A DNA stretch of 52,382 nucleotides from Candidatus Hermodarchaeota archaeon (lineage in GTDB: Archaea; Asgardarchaeota; Lokiarchaeia; Sigyniarchaeales; SOKP01), in the NCBI GenBank assembly GCA_048885535.1, contig JBHLLO010000015.1, positions 1-52,382 on the forward strand, in the 5' to 3' direction. Of the stretch, positions 38,419-48,433 are shown one piece after another. The notes beneath the pieces were generated by a model, which was given only the letters and a program-made list of their open reading frames with translations, did not search any database and had not been told where the DNA came from. Numbering within the stretch: the first letter of the stretch is position 1; each line of letters begins with the position of its first letter. The position numbers and the translations under genes are program-made.

Positions 38419-40368
38419 ATGGAGAATAATGATATACTTGTTGATTTAGAGCCTCTTTCAAGGCGGATCCACTTTACAAAAGAAAAAACCATCTATCAAA
38501 TAATTATCGATTCGGGAATTCAAATTAGGACTTTATGTGGAGGAAAAGGTACTTGTGGAAAATGCAAACTAAAGATTCAAAAAGGAGAAGTTTTTTTTAA
38601 TTCACCTTCTCAAGCAGAAATTAAATTATTAAATCAGCACGAGTTAAAGGAGAAACTAAGACTAGCTTGTCAAATTAAAATTAATCCTGATAAATTAGAA
38701 TTAATAGAAAAATCACCGACACCTCAAATTACTATTTCTTTACCTGAAGAATTATTAATTGAAGATTTTAAGATATTGACTTCTGGGATAGCAAAAGAAA
38801 TTGGACTCTCTCCCAATATAAGAAAAGTTCACATTAGGATTAAAAAAGCATCTTTGGATAATCCTACTCCACTTTTAGATGGAATCCTAATAGCTTTAAG
38901 AAATAAAAATAAACTGAAATATTACAGTGTCGAGTTAGAGGTTTTGAAAAACCTCCCTCTTTTAATGCAAGAGGATAATAATGATTTAGTAATTACACTT
39001 CTAGATGAACATAAAATAATTCACTGTGAGCTTGGAAATACAATTGAGGAAACTTATGGGGTTGCTTTTGACATTGGAACCACCACCATAGTAGGATATC
39101 TAATGAATCTTTATAATGGAAAAACTTATGCAGTGGCTTCAATGCTAAATCCACAAACTGCCTATGGAGAAGATGTAGTTACAAGGATCACGTTCGTTAA
39201 AAATAATGAAGAGGGGCTCAAAACTTTAAACTCAATTGTGGTAGAAGCGCTAAATAAATTAGTATTAAAATTATGTAATGAAGCGAAGATTAATCCAAAT
39301 CAGATATACGAAATTTCTATAGTTGGCAACTCTGTTATGCATCATATATTTCTTGGAATAAGTCCTATAAGTATAGGATTGAGTCCATATGTTCCAGTCA
39401 TTAAACAAGGATTAAACTTTTCTCCTTATGAATTGAATCTAAATACATTTCCTCAGGGAAATGTCTATATATTACCATTAATAGCAGGATTTGTGGGTGC
39501 GGACACAATTGGTGTGATATTATCTTCTAATATAGACAAAGAATCTGATTTAACTTTAGCTTTAGATATCGGTACAAATGGTGAAATAATAATTGGTAAT
39601 AGAAAAGTTTTAGTCACAGCATCTTGTGCCGCCGGATCAGCTTTAGAAGGTGCTCACATCAAAGATGGAATGAGAGCTTCTGGAGGTGCTATAGATTCAA
39701 TTAAGATTGATCCTAAATCCTTTGATGTATCATTTACTACAATAAAGAATAGAAAACCAATTGGCATATGTGGTTCTGGATTAGTCGATGCAGTCGCTGA
39801 ATTATTAAAGTCTAAACTATTGACTCGGAGTGGTAATTTTAACAAAAGCTTAATTGAATTAGACAGATTCCAACAAAAAAATGGAAAATTAGAGTTTATT
39901 ATTGCTCAAAAATATGAAACCTCTAATGGAAGAGAAATCACTCTTTCCCAAAAGGATATTAGAGAAATTCAGATGGCAAAAGCAGCGTTTTTCTCAGGAA
40001 CAAAACTTATAATTGACTATCTTAAAAAAAAATACGATCAAGAATGTAAAATATCACAGATTTTTCTAGCAGGGGCTTTTGGGAATTATATTAACAAAGA
40101 AAGTGCTAAGTTTATTGGAATGATTCCTGATATAAATTCAGATAAGATATTTCAAATAGGAAATGCTGCAGGGATTGGTGCAAAACATTGTTTGATAAAC
40201 AAAGAACTGAGGACAAAAGCTAATATCATGTTAAAAACTATAGACTACTTGGAAATAGCTTTGGAACCAAATTTTCAACGAGAATATACTGAAGCAATGT
40301 ACTTTCCTCATTTTAATTTAAATCTTTTTCCTAGTTTAGAAGCTTATAAAAATATTCCAATAAGATAA
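38419..40368 (+). CDS. ASKHA-domain reductive activator of corrinoid proteins (RACo/AcsV-type) with N-terminal 2Fe-2S ferredoxin
   Basis: CGGKGTCGKC...RLACQ; FDIGTTT, NPQ..YGEDVVTRI, LDIGTNGE, CAAGSALEG, GICGSG, LAGAFG, GNAAGIGA. Confidence 0.92.
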   Translation: MENNDILVDLEPLSRRIHFTKEKTIYQIIIDSGIQIRTLCGGKGTCGKCKLKIQKGEVFFNSPSQAEIKLLNQHELKEKLRLACQIKINPDKLELIEKSPTPQITISLPEELLIEDFKILTSGIAKEIGLSPNIRKVHIRIKKASLDNPTPLLDGILIALRNKNKLKYYSVELEVLKNLPLLMQEDNNDLVITLLDEHKIIHCELGNTIEETYGVAFDIGTTTIVGYLMNLYNGKTYAVASMLNPQTAYGEDVVTRITFVKNNEEGLKTLNSIVVEALNKLVLKLCNEAKINPNQIYEISIVGNSVMHHIFLGISPISIGLSPYVPVIKQGLNFSPYELNLNTFPQGNVYILPLIAGFVGADTIGVILSSNIDKESDLTLALDIGTNGEIIIGNRKVLVTASCAAGSALEGAHIKDGMRASGGAIDSIKIDPKSFDVSFTTIKNRKPIGICGSGLVDAVAELLKSKLLTRSGNFNKSLIELDRFQQKNGKLEFIIAQKYETSNGREITLSQKDIREIQMAKAAFFSGTKLIIDYLKKKYDQECKISQIFLAGAFGNYINKESAKFIGMIPDINSDKIFQIGNAAGIGAKHCLINKELRTKANIMLKTIDYLEIALEPNFQREYTEAMYFPHFNLNLFPSLEAYKNIPIR

Positions 40369-40659
40369 AATTTAATCCTAATGGTCAATGCTAATCAAAC
40401 TTTATGAGTTTCATAAAAGTGTGTTTATAAAATTGTATAAAAATCAAAATAAATCCACGTAAGTTAACTGTATAACCTTTTTTCCTTTAAACATTGTGTA
40501 AAAGTATTTAAGATATAAATTCATTAAAACTTTAACAAGGATAATATAAATTTTTTAAAAAGAATTAAATAAATTCTTAAATAACAATTACGATAATAAT
40601 TTATATACAATTAAATATTTTTTAAATATTATAGCAAATATAATCCAGAAGAGGACTTT

Positions 40660-41187
40660 ATGTCAAGTTTTAAACTAAAAGTATTGCTTACCGGGGCTGC
40701 TGCTGTGGGAAAAACAAGTTTAGTTCAAAGATTCATAAAAAACAGATTTGCCGCTAATTATAAACTTACTGTAGGAGTAGATATTCTAACTAAGGATGTT
40801 GAATTTAGACCAGGAGAATTTGCGACACTTTCAATATGGGATATTGGTGGACAACAGAGATTTGAGTTTATCCGCAGTACCTTTTATAAAGGAGCTGCTG
40901 GTTCTTTATTGGTCTTTGACTTAACCAGAGAACAGACATTCACGGAGACTCGAAAATGGTTAACTGAAATCCGCCAGTTTGCTGGAGAAAATATTCCTTT
41001 TGTGTTAATTGGAAACAAGGCAGATCTACTTGCAGATGTCGGAATAGTTATTGATAAAAACGAAGCAAGATCCTTTGCTGAGAATGAAAAGAGTATATAT
41101 ATTGAAACTTCTGCTAAAACAGGAGAGAATGTTGATCAGGCGTTTACAGAATTAACGAGAAGAATTATTGATTCAAAAATGCAATAA
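40660..41187 (+). CDS. Rab-like small GTPase
   Basis: GAAAVGKTS, YKLTVGVD, WDIGGQ, GNKAD, ETSAKTG; no C-terminal prenylation motif. Confidence 0.93.
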   Translation: MSSFKLKVLLTGAAAVGKTSLVQRFIKNRFAANYKLTVGVDILTKDVEFRPGEFATLSIWDIGGQQRFEFIRSTFYKGAAGSLLVFDLTREQTFTETRKWLTEIRQFAGENIPFVLIGNKADLLADVGIVIDKNEARSFAENEKSIYIETSAKTGENVDQAFTELTRRIIDSKMQ

Positions 41188-41226
41188 ATCTCTATTTTAT
41201 TAATTTGCTTTATCTTTCTGGAAAAG

Positions 41227-42642
41227 CTATTCTTCAATAAAATCTTTATATAAATCAAGATAAATAACATTAATTGCATCAAAAAGACTTTCTTTACTAA
41301 TTACCAATGAAAAATTAAGTTCATCAATACTTTGAGTTAAAGCTTTTACATTAATTTGCTTTTTCTCCAATGCCTGAAAAATTTTAACCTTTGTAAGGTT
41401 ATCTAATACTTTAAAACCAGTAATGTTAATTATTGCTATTTCTTCATCTTTAATATCAAAGAAATCCGTAAAATATTCTGACTTCTTTAATGCTTTTAGT
41501 GCCTTATTCGCATCTTCTTTTTTAACAATAAACGAGGTACTGACTTCAGAGGCACTTTGAGCAACTAAAGATACACTTACATTGTTTTTACTCATTATTT
41601 TAAATATTTTGGCTAATACTCCTGGTACATCAACTAAACTCCCAGAGGTTACTGTAATTATTATAGCATCCTCAACAGCGGATATACCTTTTATAATATT
41701 TTTATCTGTATATCTTGAGATTGTAGTAAAATCTAATTTTTCTAAAGGTTTATCAAAATTTCTAATTTCTAAGGGAATTTGCTTTTTCTCAATAGCTTCT
41801 AAACATTTCGGATGTAAAACCTTTGCTCCAAAGTTTGCTATGTGTTTTGCTTCTTCATAATCTAAGTTCCGAATTAAGGATGCTTTTGGAACATAGTTGG
41901 GCCCTATAGCTAATAGACCATCAACATCCTTCCATAATATTACTTTAATATCCTTGTCATGACCTGTTTCATGAATGGAATGAGCTAATATTGTTGCCGT
42001 ATAATCTGAGCCTCCTCTTCCTAATGTGGTTATATTTCCTATTTTATTTCTCCCTATAAAACCGGTAATACAAACAATGGTATTTTTTTTTGGATTCTCC
42101 AAAAGTGGTATTATCAGTTTCCCTATTCGAGCGTTCGTTAATTCATAAAGGGGATAAGCGTTATTAAAATCATCATTAGTTATAATTAATTTATTTGCAG
42201 GAATAAAAACAGAATCCAATCCTTTACTTATTAGAAATTGGTTCAATATGTATGTTGATACAATCTCACCAAAACTTAATATATAATCTTGATAATATAA
42301 CTCTAATCCAAATTCCTTAATATCAGAAAAAAGATCTTCTAGGTTGCTTAATTTTAAATCAACCCATTCTTTTGTTTTGGAAAACTCTTCAGAATTGTCT
42401 TTAAAAATTTCTTCAATAATATCGAAATGTTTTTTCTCTAGAATCGCCATACTTTTGTCTAATTCTGTTTCGTTACTAACATTTTGAGCCATTTTTAAAA
42501 GGAGGTCTGTTATTCCACTAAATGCTGAAGCTACATAAACTCTTCTTACATTGTCGTAAATCTCTGAAATTTTGAAGATTTTATTAAATGCAATTTTATT
42601 TTTCAAACAACTCCCTCCAAACTTCATGATTACAACTGTCAT
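41227..42642 (-). CDS. lysC: Aspartate kinase
   Basis: MKFGGS, VASAFSGITD, TTLGRGGSDYTA, WKDVDG, FGAKVLHP, two ACT domains. Confidence 0.93.
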   Translation of the reverse strand: MTVVIMKFGGSCLKNKIAFNKIFKISEIYDNVRRVYVASAFSGITDLLLKMAQNVSNETELDKSMAILEKKHFDIIEEIFKDNSEEFSKTKEWVDLKLSNLEDLFSDIKEFGLELYYQDYILSFGEIVSTYILNQFLISKGLDSVFIPANKLIITNDDFNNAYPLYELTNARIGKLIIPLLENPKKNTIVCITGFIGRNKIGNITTLGRGGSDYTATILAHSIHETGHDKDIKVILWKDVDGLLAIGPNYVPKASLIRNLDYEEAKHIANFGAKVLHPKCLEAIEKKQIPLEIRNFDKPLEKLDFTTISRYTDKNIIKGISAVEDAIIITVTSGSLVDVPGVLAKIFKIMSKNNVSVSLVAQSASEVSTSFIVKKEDANKALKALKKSEYFTDFFDIKDEEIAIINITGFKVLDNLTKVKIFQALEKKQINVKALTQSIDELNFSLVISKESLFDAINVIYLDLYKDFIEE

Positions 42643-42744
42643 ATCTTTTGCCTCAAATTATAAAAATTTCTATATTCATTAAGTATTTTAAATAAAAAAT
42701 TAATTGGAGTTAAACCCAAATTAAGGTGAAATCTAGATCTCTAA

Positions 42745-44703
42745 TTAACCAATTTGTTTAAGTAAATCTTCTATTTCTTTAATTTGATTATTAATGTTCG
42801 CTTCAATTTCTCTCAATTTACCTTTTTTATCTTCAAGCTCTTTGGCAGTAATTTCTCCTGTTAATTCTTTCATGTCGAATTCTAATGCCATTTTTGAGAG
42901 ATTTGCTTTTTTTATTTTTAAATCAATAAGAGTTTTTTCCAAATTTGATTTTTGTGGAGATGTTGGTTCTGGAGATGGTGCTTCTTGTTGAATAGTTTCT
43001 ATTGATTCTTCTGAAATTTGTTCTGGAGATACACTTGGGGGAGATCGCATAGGTTTGACTAACTTTTCTGTACCTACATTACCTGTTATGATTTTTGGTT
43101 CAATAGTTTGAGGAGTTTCTTTAATGGGCTCCTCTATTTTGGTAGGAACAACAGGTTTAGGTGGTATTAACGGGGTTTGTGAAGGAGTAGGTTTTAATGG
43201 TGCTGCTTTTTCAGGACTTTCCATCTTAATTTCTTTTTCTGCTTCCTGATTTTTTACTTGACCATAAGGGGAAATTGATAATTTTTCCTTTGCATCTTTC
43301 GGAACAACTGTAACTGTTTTAGGTCTTTGCTTTACCATAAAATCTTCAGGATTTAGATTTAAACCTATTTCATCGGTAGGCGGAGTCACTGAATCTTCTG
43401 GAATAATAGGTTGAATTTCAGCATCAATAGTTCCAGGCACCTCTGGTTCCTTGATAATTTTAGGTTTTAATTCAGGAGGTTTTTCGAGTACCATTGGTTT
43501 TTTAAGATCTGTAACTTTTTCTACAGGTTCTTTAAGTTTTATTGGTGGTTTGAGACCTGCCGGTGGTGTAGATGGTATATCAACTTCTTCTACTTTAGAT
43601 GGAGGTATTCCTAAAGGCTCGGTTTGCTGAGTTTTCGGAGAAGTAGTGGATTGAGGGACTGAAATTTGCTGAATCATAGTTATAATCTTTTGAGATTTTT
43701 CAAAAAATTCTCTCCCTAATGAGTCATCTCCTAATTCTATACATAAATCACTGATTTTTTCAAATAAATTAGCAGCTTTTTCAAATTCAGCATTTTCTAA
43801 TGCTTTTGTGGCCTCTTCTATGTATGTATCTCTTCTTAATAAAGGTTGCAATAATGGAGACACTTCTGCACTCATTTCCAAAATATCAGCAATTATGGTA
43901 ATCATCTTGTCTCTATTCTCAGGATCTTTTGCGATCATAGAGTAAGTTTTTAAAGCTAGAATTTTTTCAATTTGCTCTGGTTTCATAGCGTTTTCTAGAT
44001 CTTGCTTATTTCCAATAACGGCAGTATGTGCATGTGGTGCTTGTTCTTTTATTAATTCGAGGAAAAACTTACTTTTTTCTACATTTTCCAAAGTAGAATC
44101 TGTAATTAATAGAACCGCATCGCTACCTTTAATAAAATTATTCCAAAGATAACTAAATTGTTCTTGGCCGGCAAAATCCCAAAGGTGGAAATGCAGTTTG
44201 CCAATTTTAATTGTAGCTATGTCTCCTGTAATAGTAGGAATATGTTGCATAGGTATTTCTTCTGCTTTGATAAGTCTAGTTATTGTTGTTTTACCCACTC
44301 CTGAAAAACCTACTAAAGATATTTTAGGTCGCAGATTTTTATGAGTTACATCAATTGTGGGGTCAAAAACCTCGAAAGTTTTTTCGTCGTACTTGTGTCT
44401 AATGATATCATCGAATAAATTCAAAAACTCTTTTTTACATTTAATCAATTCTTTCTTAATATTATCGAAATTATCAGTAAGACCCGTGACGAACAAAAAT
44501 ATCAACTCTAATTTTGATTCGGTAATGTAGGATATCCTGTACTTAAAATAATCGTGATAATCTACTTTATCAGTTCCTTTAGCAAAAGCTTCTTTAATTA
44601 AATCAGCAAATAATGTTTTAAAAACCTCGTCTTTAAGAGCCTTCCCAAAATGACGGTAGTAAATCAAATTGTAAGCTTTATATATATAAACTTGACGTAA
44701 AAT
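42745..44703 (-). CDS. Longin-like domain plus small GTPase plus helical (MIT/TPR-like) domain, Pro-rich linker and C-terminal helical hairpin (probable ATT start)
   Basis: (M)LRQVYIY...IYYRHFG...LIFLFVTG longin-like strands; GFSGVGKTT, HIPTI, WDFAGQ, GNKQD; GGTGA at 44710-44714. Confidence 0.85.
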   Translation of the reverse strand: MLRQVYIYKAYNLIYYRHFGKALKDEVFKTLFADLIKEAFAKGTDKVDYHDYFKYRISYITESKLELIFLFVTGLTDNFDNIKKELIKCKKEFLNLFDDIIRHKYDEKTFEVFDPTIDVTHKNLRPKISLVGFSGVGKTTITRLIKAEEIPMQHIPTITGDIATIKIGKLHFHLWDFAGQEQFSYLWNNFIKGSDAVLLITDSTLENVEKSKFFLELIKEQAPHAHTAVIGNKQDLENAMKPEQIEKILALKTYSMIAKDPENRDKMITIIADILEMSAEVSPLLQPLLRRDTYIEEATKALENAEFEKAANLFEKISDLCIELGDDSLGREFFEKSQKIITMIQQISVPQSTTSPKTQQTEPLGIPPSKVEEVDIPSTPPAGLKPPIKLKEPVEKVTDLKKPMVLEKPPELKPKIIKEPEVPGTIDAEIQPIIPEDSVTPPTDEIGLNLNPEDFMVKQRPKTVTVVPKDAKEKLSISPYGQVKNQEAEKEIKMESPEKAAPLKPTPSQTPLIPPKPVVPTKIEEPIKETPQTIEPKIITGNVGTEKLVKPMRSPPSVSPEQISEESIETIQQEAPSPEPTSPQKSNLEKTLIDLKIKKANLSKMALEFDMKELTGEITAKELEDKKGKLREIEANINNQIKEIEDLLKQIG

Positions 44704-44741
44704 TAGGATTCACCATAGAATTTTCATTATTATATCTATTC

Positions 44742-45233
44742 TTAACTTGAAATATATTTTACAAGATCTTTAATAATTGAATATTTTTTTTCCTTAGACT
44801 TTTCTTCTTTAATAACATCTTCAATTTTTTTAATCTCTTTTGAAAAATCAATGACTGAGAACTCATTAATTTCTTTTCCTTTAGATGTTTCTCCAAGAGT
44901 CTTTAAAAATACGCTAATACTTGGCATAAATTTAGCTAAATTAACATCTAAATTTAATTTTGAAATTAAAATTAAATCCTTACTAAATGTGAATAAATAA
45001 TTATAATCTTGGGCCTCAAGGGCAAATGAATTAATTTTTTTTAAATTTAAATCTTTAGCAATATCTTGAGAATTCGCAATAAGAGAAAGAATTTTTTGAG
45101 GTATCACTTTACCTTTAGGAAATTCTTTAATAGCAGAACTAAGTATTATTCCATACTGATTTGCTATTGCACATTGAGAATTTAATTCAGACTTTAATTG
45201 TGAGATAATATTATCGTAATTTATTTCTCTCAT
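44742..45233 (-). CDS. Roadblock/LAMTOR-like domain protein
   Basis: CAIANQYGIILSS...IAKDLNLKKINSFALEAQDYNYLFTFSKDLILISKLNLDVNLAKF follows the roadblock pattern; co-oriented upstream of the GTPase. Confidence 0.6.
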   Translation of the reverse strand: MREINYDNIISQLKSELNSQCAIANQYGIILSSAIKEFPKGKVIPQKILSLIANSQDIAKDLNLKKINSFALEAQDYNYLFTFSKDLILISKLNLDVNLAKFMPSISVFLKTLGETSKGKEINEFSVIDFSKEIKKIEDVIKEEKSKEKKYSIIKDLVKYISS

Positions 45234-45342
45234 GGTTCAAAAATATCCGTTTTGATTTAATAATAGCCTATAATTTATTTATATTTATTTGATGTATAAT
45301 TTTAAGATTCTATAATTATTCTATATTTAATAGAAGATAAAG

Positions 45343-46128
45343 ATGCAAATATTTAAATTTCATTTTATTGAAAAAGAATCAGATATTACTGTTATTTCAG
45401 AATCAGTAAGTGCTATTTTAAGAGCGAAGAGAGAATTTTATCATCAAAGGCGCTTACTAGAAGGATATATATCCCATCATAAAGAATTTCTTACTTCATT
45501 TGTTCCAATAAAAGTTAAAACAGAGTATGAAATAATTGAGTTAATGACTCATGCTGCATTTTTATGTGATGTTGGTCCGATGGCCACCATTGCTGGGGCT
45601 TTAGCAGATTTAATGGTTACCACAATGAAGTCTTATAGTACGGAATTCGAGGTAGCAAAAATCGCCCTAGTAGAAAATGGTGGAGAAATAGCAAATAATT
45701 CAGAAAAAACCATCAAAATTGCCCTTTTTGCAGGAAATAATAAATTGAATATAAACTTGGGATTTTTGATAAAAAAGAAAGATTCTCCAATTGGTATTGC
45801 AACTAGTTCAGCAACCATAGGACATGCAGTTAGTTTAGGTGAAGCAGATGCAGTAACCACTTTTGCTAATAACGCTACTATCGCTGATGGAGCCGCAACA
45901 AAAATTTGTAATCTCGTAAGAGGAACTGATATTGAATCTTCTATTAAGAAAGGTTTAGATGCTGTTGATGATTTAGATGAAGTAAGAGGTGCTTTTATAT
46001 CTAGACAAAATAAAATAGGTATTACTGGAAGAATCCCTGAGATGTTTAAGATAGATGCTGATAAAGAACAAAAATTAAAGAATAAAATTGAATATTGCTT
46101 TCCAGAGGATTTTGAAATTTTTAAATAA
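45343..46128 (+). CDS. UPF0280 / ApbE-like family protein
   Basis: VGPMATIAGALAD, VENGGEIA, GIATSSATIGHAVSLGEADAVT...ADGAATKICN. Confidence 0.88.
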   Translation: MQIFKFHFIEKESDITVISESVSAILRAKREFYHQRRLLEGYISHHKEFLTSFVPIKVKTEYEIIELMTHAAFLCDVGPMATIAGALADLMVTTMKSYSTEFEVAKIALVENGGEIANNSEKTIKIALFAGNNKLNINLGFLIKKKDSPIGIATSSATIGHAVSLGEADAVTTFANNATIADGAATKICNLVRGTDIESSIKKGLDAVDDLDEVRGAFISRQNKIGITGRIPEMFKIDADKEQKLKNKIEYCFPEDFEIFK

Positions 46129-48367
46129 CCCAATAATAGGGAAATTCAATACCATTTTCACTCTTTGAAGATATTACCCTATTTAGATAAACCAAATTGT
46201 AATACTGTGCCAATTCTTCTGCTGATAACCGTTCGTAAACTTCAAATCCAGAAAAAGCCAAATAATTATCATCTAATATCAGGTAAATCTCTAAATTAAG
46301 ATTCTCTTTCATTTGCTGTAATTTATTTGTACCATTTGCATAAAAATGGTCAGCGGGTTTAAAATAACCTTTTGGTTCTTGAATAAAATAATTATTTAAA
46401 TCATCTTTAGGGGAGATACTTCTATTATTTTCATTAAAGGGATAATCATAATATAAAATAACATATGGTATTCCAAATTCACATATCACTAAATTCTTTT
46501 GAGATGTATAGTTTACATACCAATTAAGAGAGTATACTTCACGTCGATATAAACTATACTCTATATCATCAATATCAATCAATTGGTCCGTGAATTGAGC
46601 AAAAAAGCTAAATATAACTATTGCTAGAATAAAAACTTTAAATTTGAGTTTAGTTGTTGATTTCAATTTAACTAATTTATAAACATAAGATATGAATCCA
46701 AATATCATTACAGGGGATAATAATAATAGTATTCTTCCAGACCAAAATTCATTTAAAACAAAAATGTCCAAAGAGAAAGCGCCTAGGTATATTATTGCTA
46801 GCCCCAAAAGCCAAAGTGCTAATGGCTTTCCTTTTGGCTTTTTTTGAAATAAAGTTAAACCCCAAATTCCGAAGAATATCATCGTTAAACTTTCGACAAT
46901 AATAATAGTTTTTGATAAGTTTGCGTGGAAAAGATTTATGTTTAACATAATAAGTAAAATAAGAAAGATTACTAAAAATGATAAGAATAATGGAAAAAGT
47001 AATTTATCTTCCACTATCTTGTAATATCTATACTTCTGTCCAAATATAATTGATTTAAATCTCCCTTTCTCAAAATGAATACCAGATCTCAACTTTAGCA
47101 CCAATAAAAGTCCAATTATTCCTCCAAACACTAATATATACCATGGTAAATCAAAGATATTAAATAATTTCCAATGGGCTTTAATTCCACTAATATTAAA
47201 TAAAGCTATAAATAATCCAAGGCAAACACATAAAATTATGAAGTCAAACCCTCTTTTGTAACTTTTTACAAAGTAAATTAAAAATATTAAAAAAAATGAA
47301 ACTAAATATATTGTTGCAATAAGAGAATGAGTAAATAAAGCTCCAATGTAAATGAATATAATAAGAGAGTAAGTAAAAAGTAGATTAGAAAAGACATCTT
47401 TTTTTGTTGGAGGGTCTTCTTTGATAAAGGCTTCCAATCTACAATAAAGCAAAAAGAAAATATATAAAGATTGTATTGTTGCTAACGCAGTAGGCCAAAA
47501 TTGGTACATCATCGCTCCAAAACCTAATGATGAGAACTCTAGTAAAAAGACACCTAGAAAAGCTAAGTTTCTATCTTTGAAAATACGCCTTAAAATGTTA
47601 TAAGTAATTAATGCTGATATGAAATAGGTATAAAAAGAAAAAAATTTTGCTAAGAGAAAATGCTCAATACCTGAAAAAAAGTTAATCACAGCAGCGAATA
47701 TATGTAAACCCAAAGCACCAAAATAATCATCAGCAGGTAAAAAGCTTAGATTGTTTATTATTTTAGTCATAAATACATGCCACATTGCATCAGTTCCATA
47801 AAAGTAACTAAATCTTACTCCGTTTAGTATTGCTAATAATATTAAAAAAATAATTAGGAGAACTCCAATTATGGGAACTTTTCTCTTAAAATAGTCCAAC
47901 GGAGAAAAGTGCTCATAAAATGACTGTTTATTAAATTGAATTTCTGTGGGTTTTAAGAAACTAATAGATTTAGTACTATTTTCTTTAATGATAATAAATA
48001 AGACTAATGAAAGATAAATAACAAAAATTAGAATAAGAAAGAAAAATCCGTTAATTGGAATTCCAAAAAAATCTCCAATATAAGCAGATAAAATATATAG
48101 AGTCAGATTTGCTATTATCGTTAAACTTAATCGTTCTAGGAGATTGAAATTTTTTTTTCGGATAATAATAAAAAATAAAGGATAAAATGGTAAGAAAATC
48201 ACTATAAAAAATGTACTGAATATAGAGAGAATAGAGGTTATGCCGATTAAATTAAAGGAGGCTGTCAAAAGTGAAATTAAGGATATTGTTAAAACAATTA
48301 ATTGTTTTCTGCTATAAAGAAACAAAATCCCTTTGTTTAAAGTAATCTTATATCTATTCAAAGGCAA
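46121..48367 (-). CDS. Large polytopic membrane protein, probable GT-C fold glycosyltransferase / glycan polymerase-like
   Basis: Many TM helices; loop motif GTDAMWH; adjacent to glycan biosynthesis genes. Confidence 0.6.
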   Translation of the reverse strand: MPLNRYKITLNKGILFLYSRKQLIVLTISLISLLTASFNLIGITSILSIFSTFFIVIFLPFYPLFFIIIRKKNFNLLERLSLTIIANLTLYILSAYIGDFFGIPINGFFFLILIFVIYLSLVLFIIIKENSTKSISFLKPTEIQFNKQSFYEHFSPLDYFKRKVPIIGVLLIIFLILLAILNGVRFSYFYGTDAMWHVFMTKIINNLSFLPADDYFGALGLHIFAAVINFFSGIEHFLLAKFFSFYTYFISALITYNILRRIFKDRNLAFLGVFLLEFSSLGFGAMMYQFWPTALATIQSLYIFFLLYCRLEAFIKEDPPTKKDVFSNLLFTYSLIIFIYIGALFTHSLIATIYLVSFFLIFLIYFVKSYKRGFDFIILCVCLGLFIALFNISGIKAHWKLFNIFDLPWYILVFGGIIGLLLVLKLRSGIHFEKGRFKSIIFGQKYRYYKIVEDKLLFPLFLSFLVIFLILLIMLNINLFHANLSKTIIIVESLTMIFFGIWGLTLFQKKPKGKPLALWLLGLAIIYLGAFSLDIFVLNEFWSGRILLLLSPVMIFGFISYVYKLVKLKSTTKLKFKVFILAIVIFSFFAQFTDQLIDIDDIEYSLYRREVYSLNWYVNYTSQKNLVICEFGIPYVILYYDYPFNENNRSISPKDDLNNYFIQEPKGYFKPADHFYANGTNKLQQMKENLNLEIYLILDDNYLAFSGFEVYERLSAEELAQYYNLVYLNRVISSKSENGIEFPYYWVI

Positions 48368-48433
48368 AAATACATTACTCTTTCTTTTAATTTAAAAAAA
48401 TTTAATGATCTTAAGTTTTATTATAAAACTCTA

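Noticed and set aside
45633-46133. 166-aa antisense ORF and the other short antisense ORFs in the track
   Set aside because: They lie opposite well-supported genes and have no recognisable motifs
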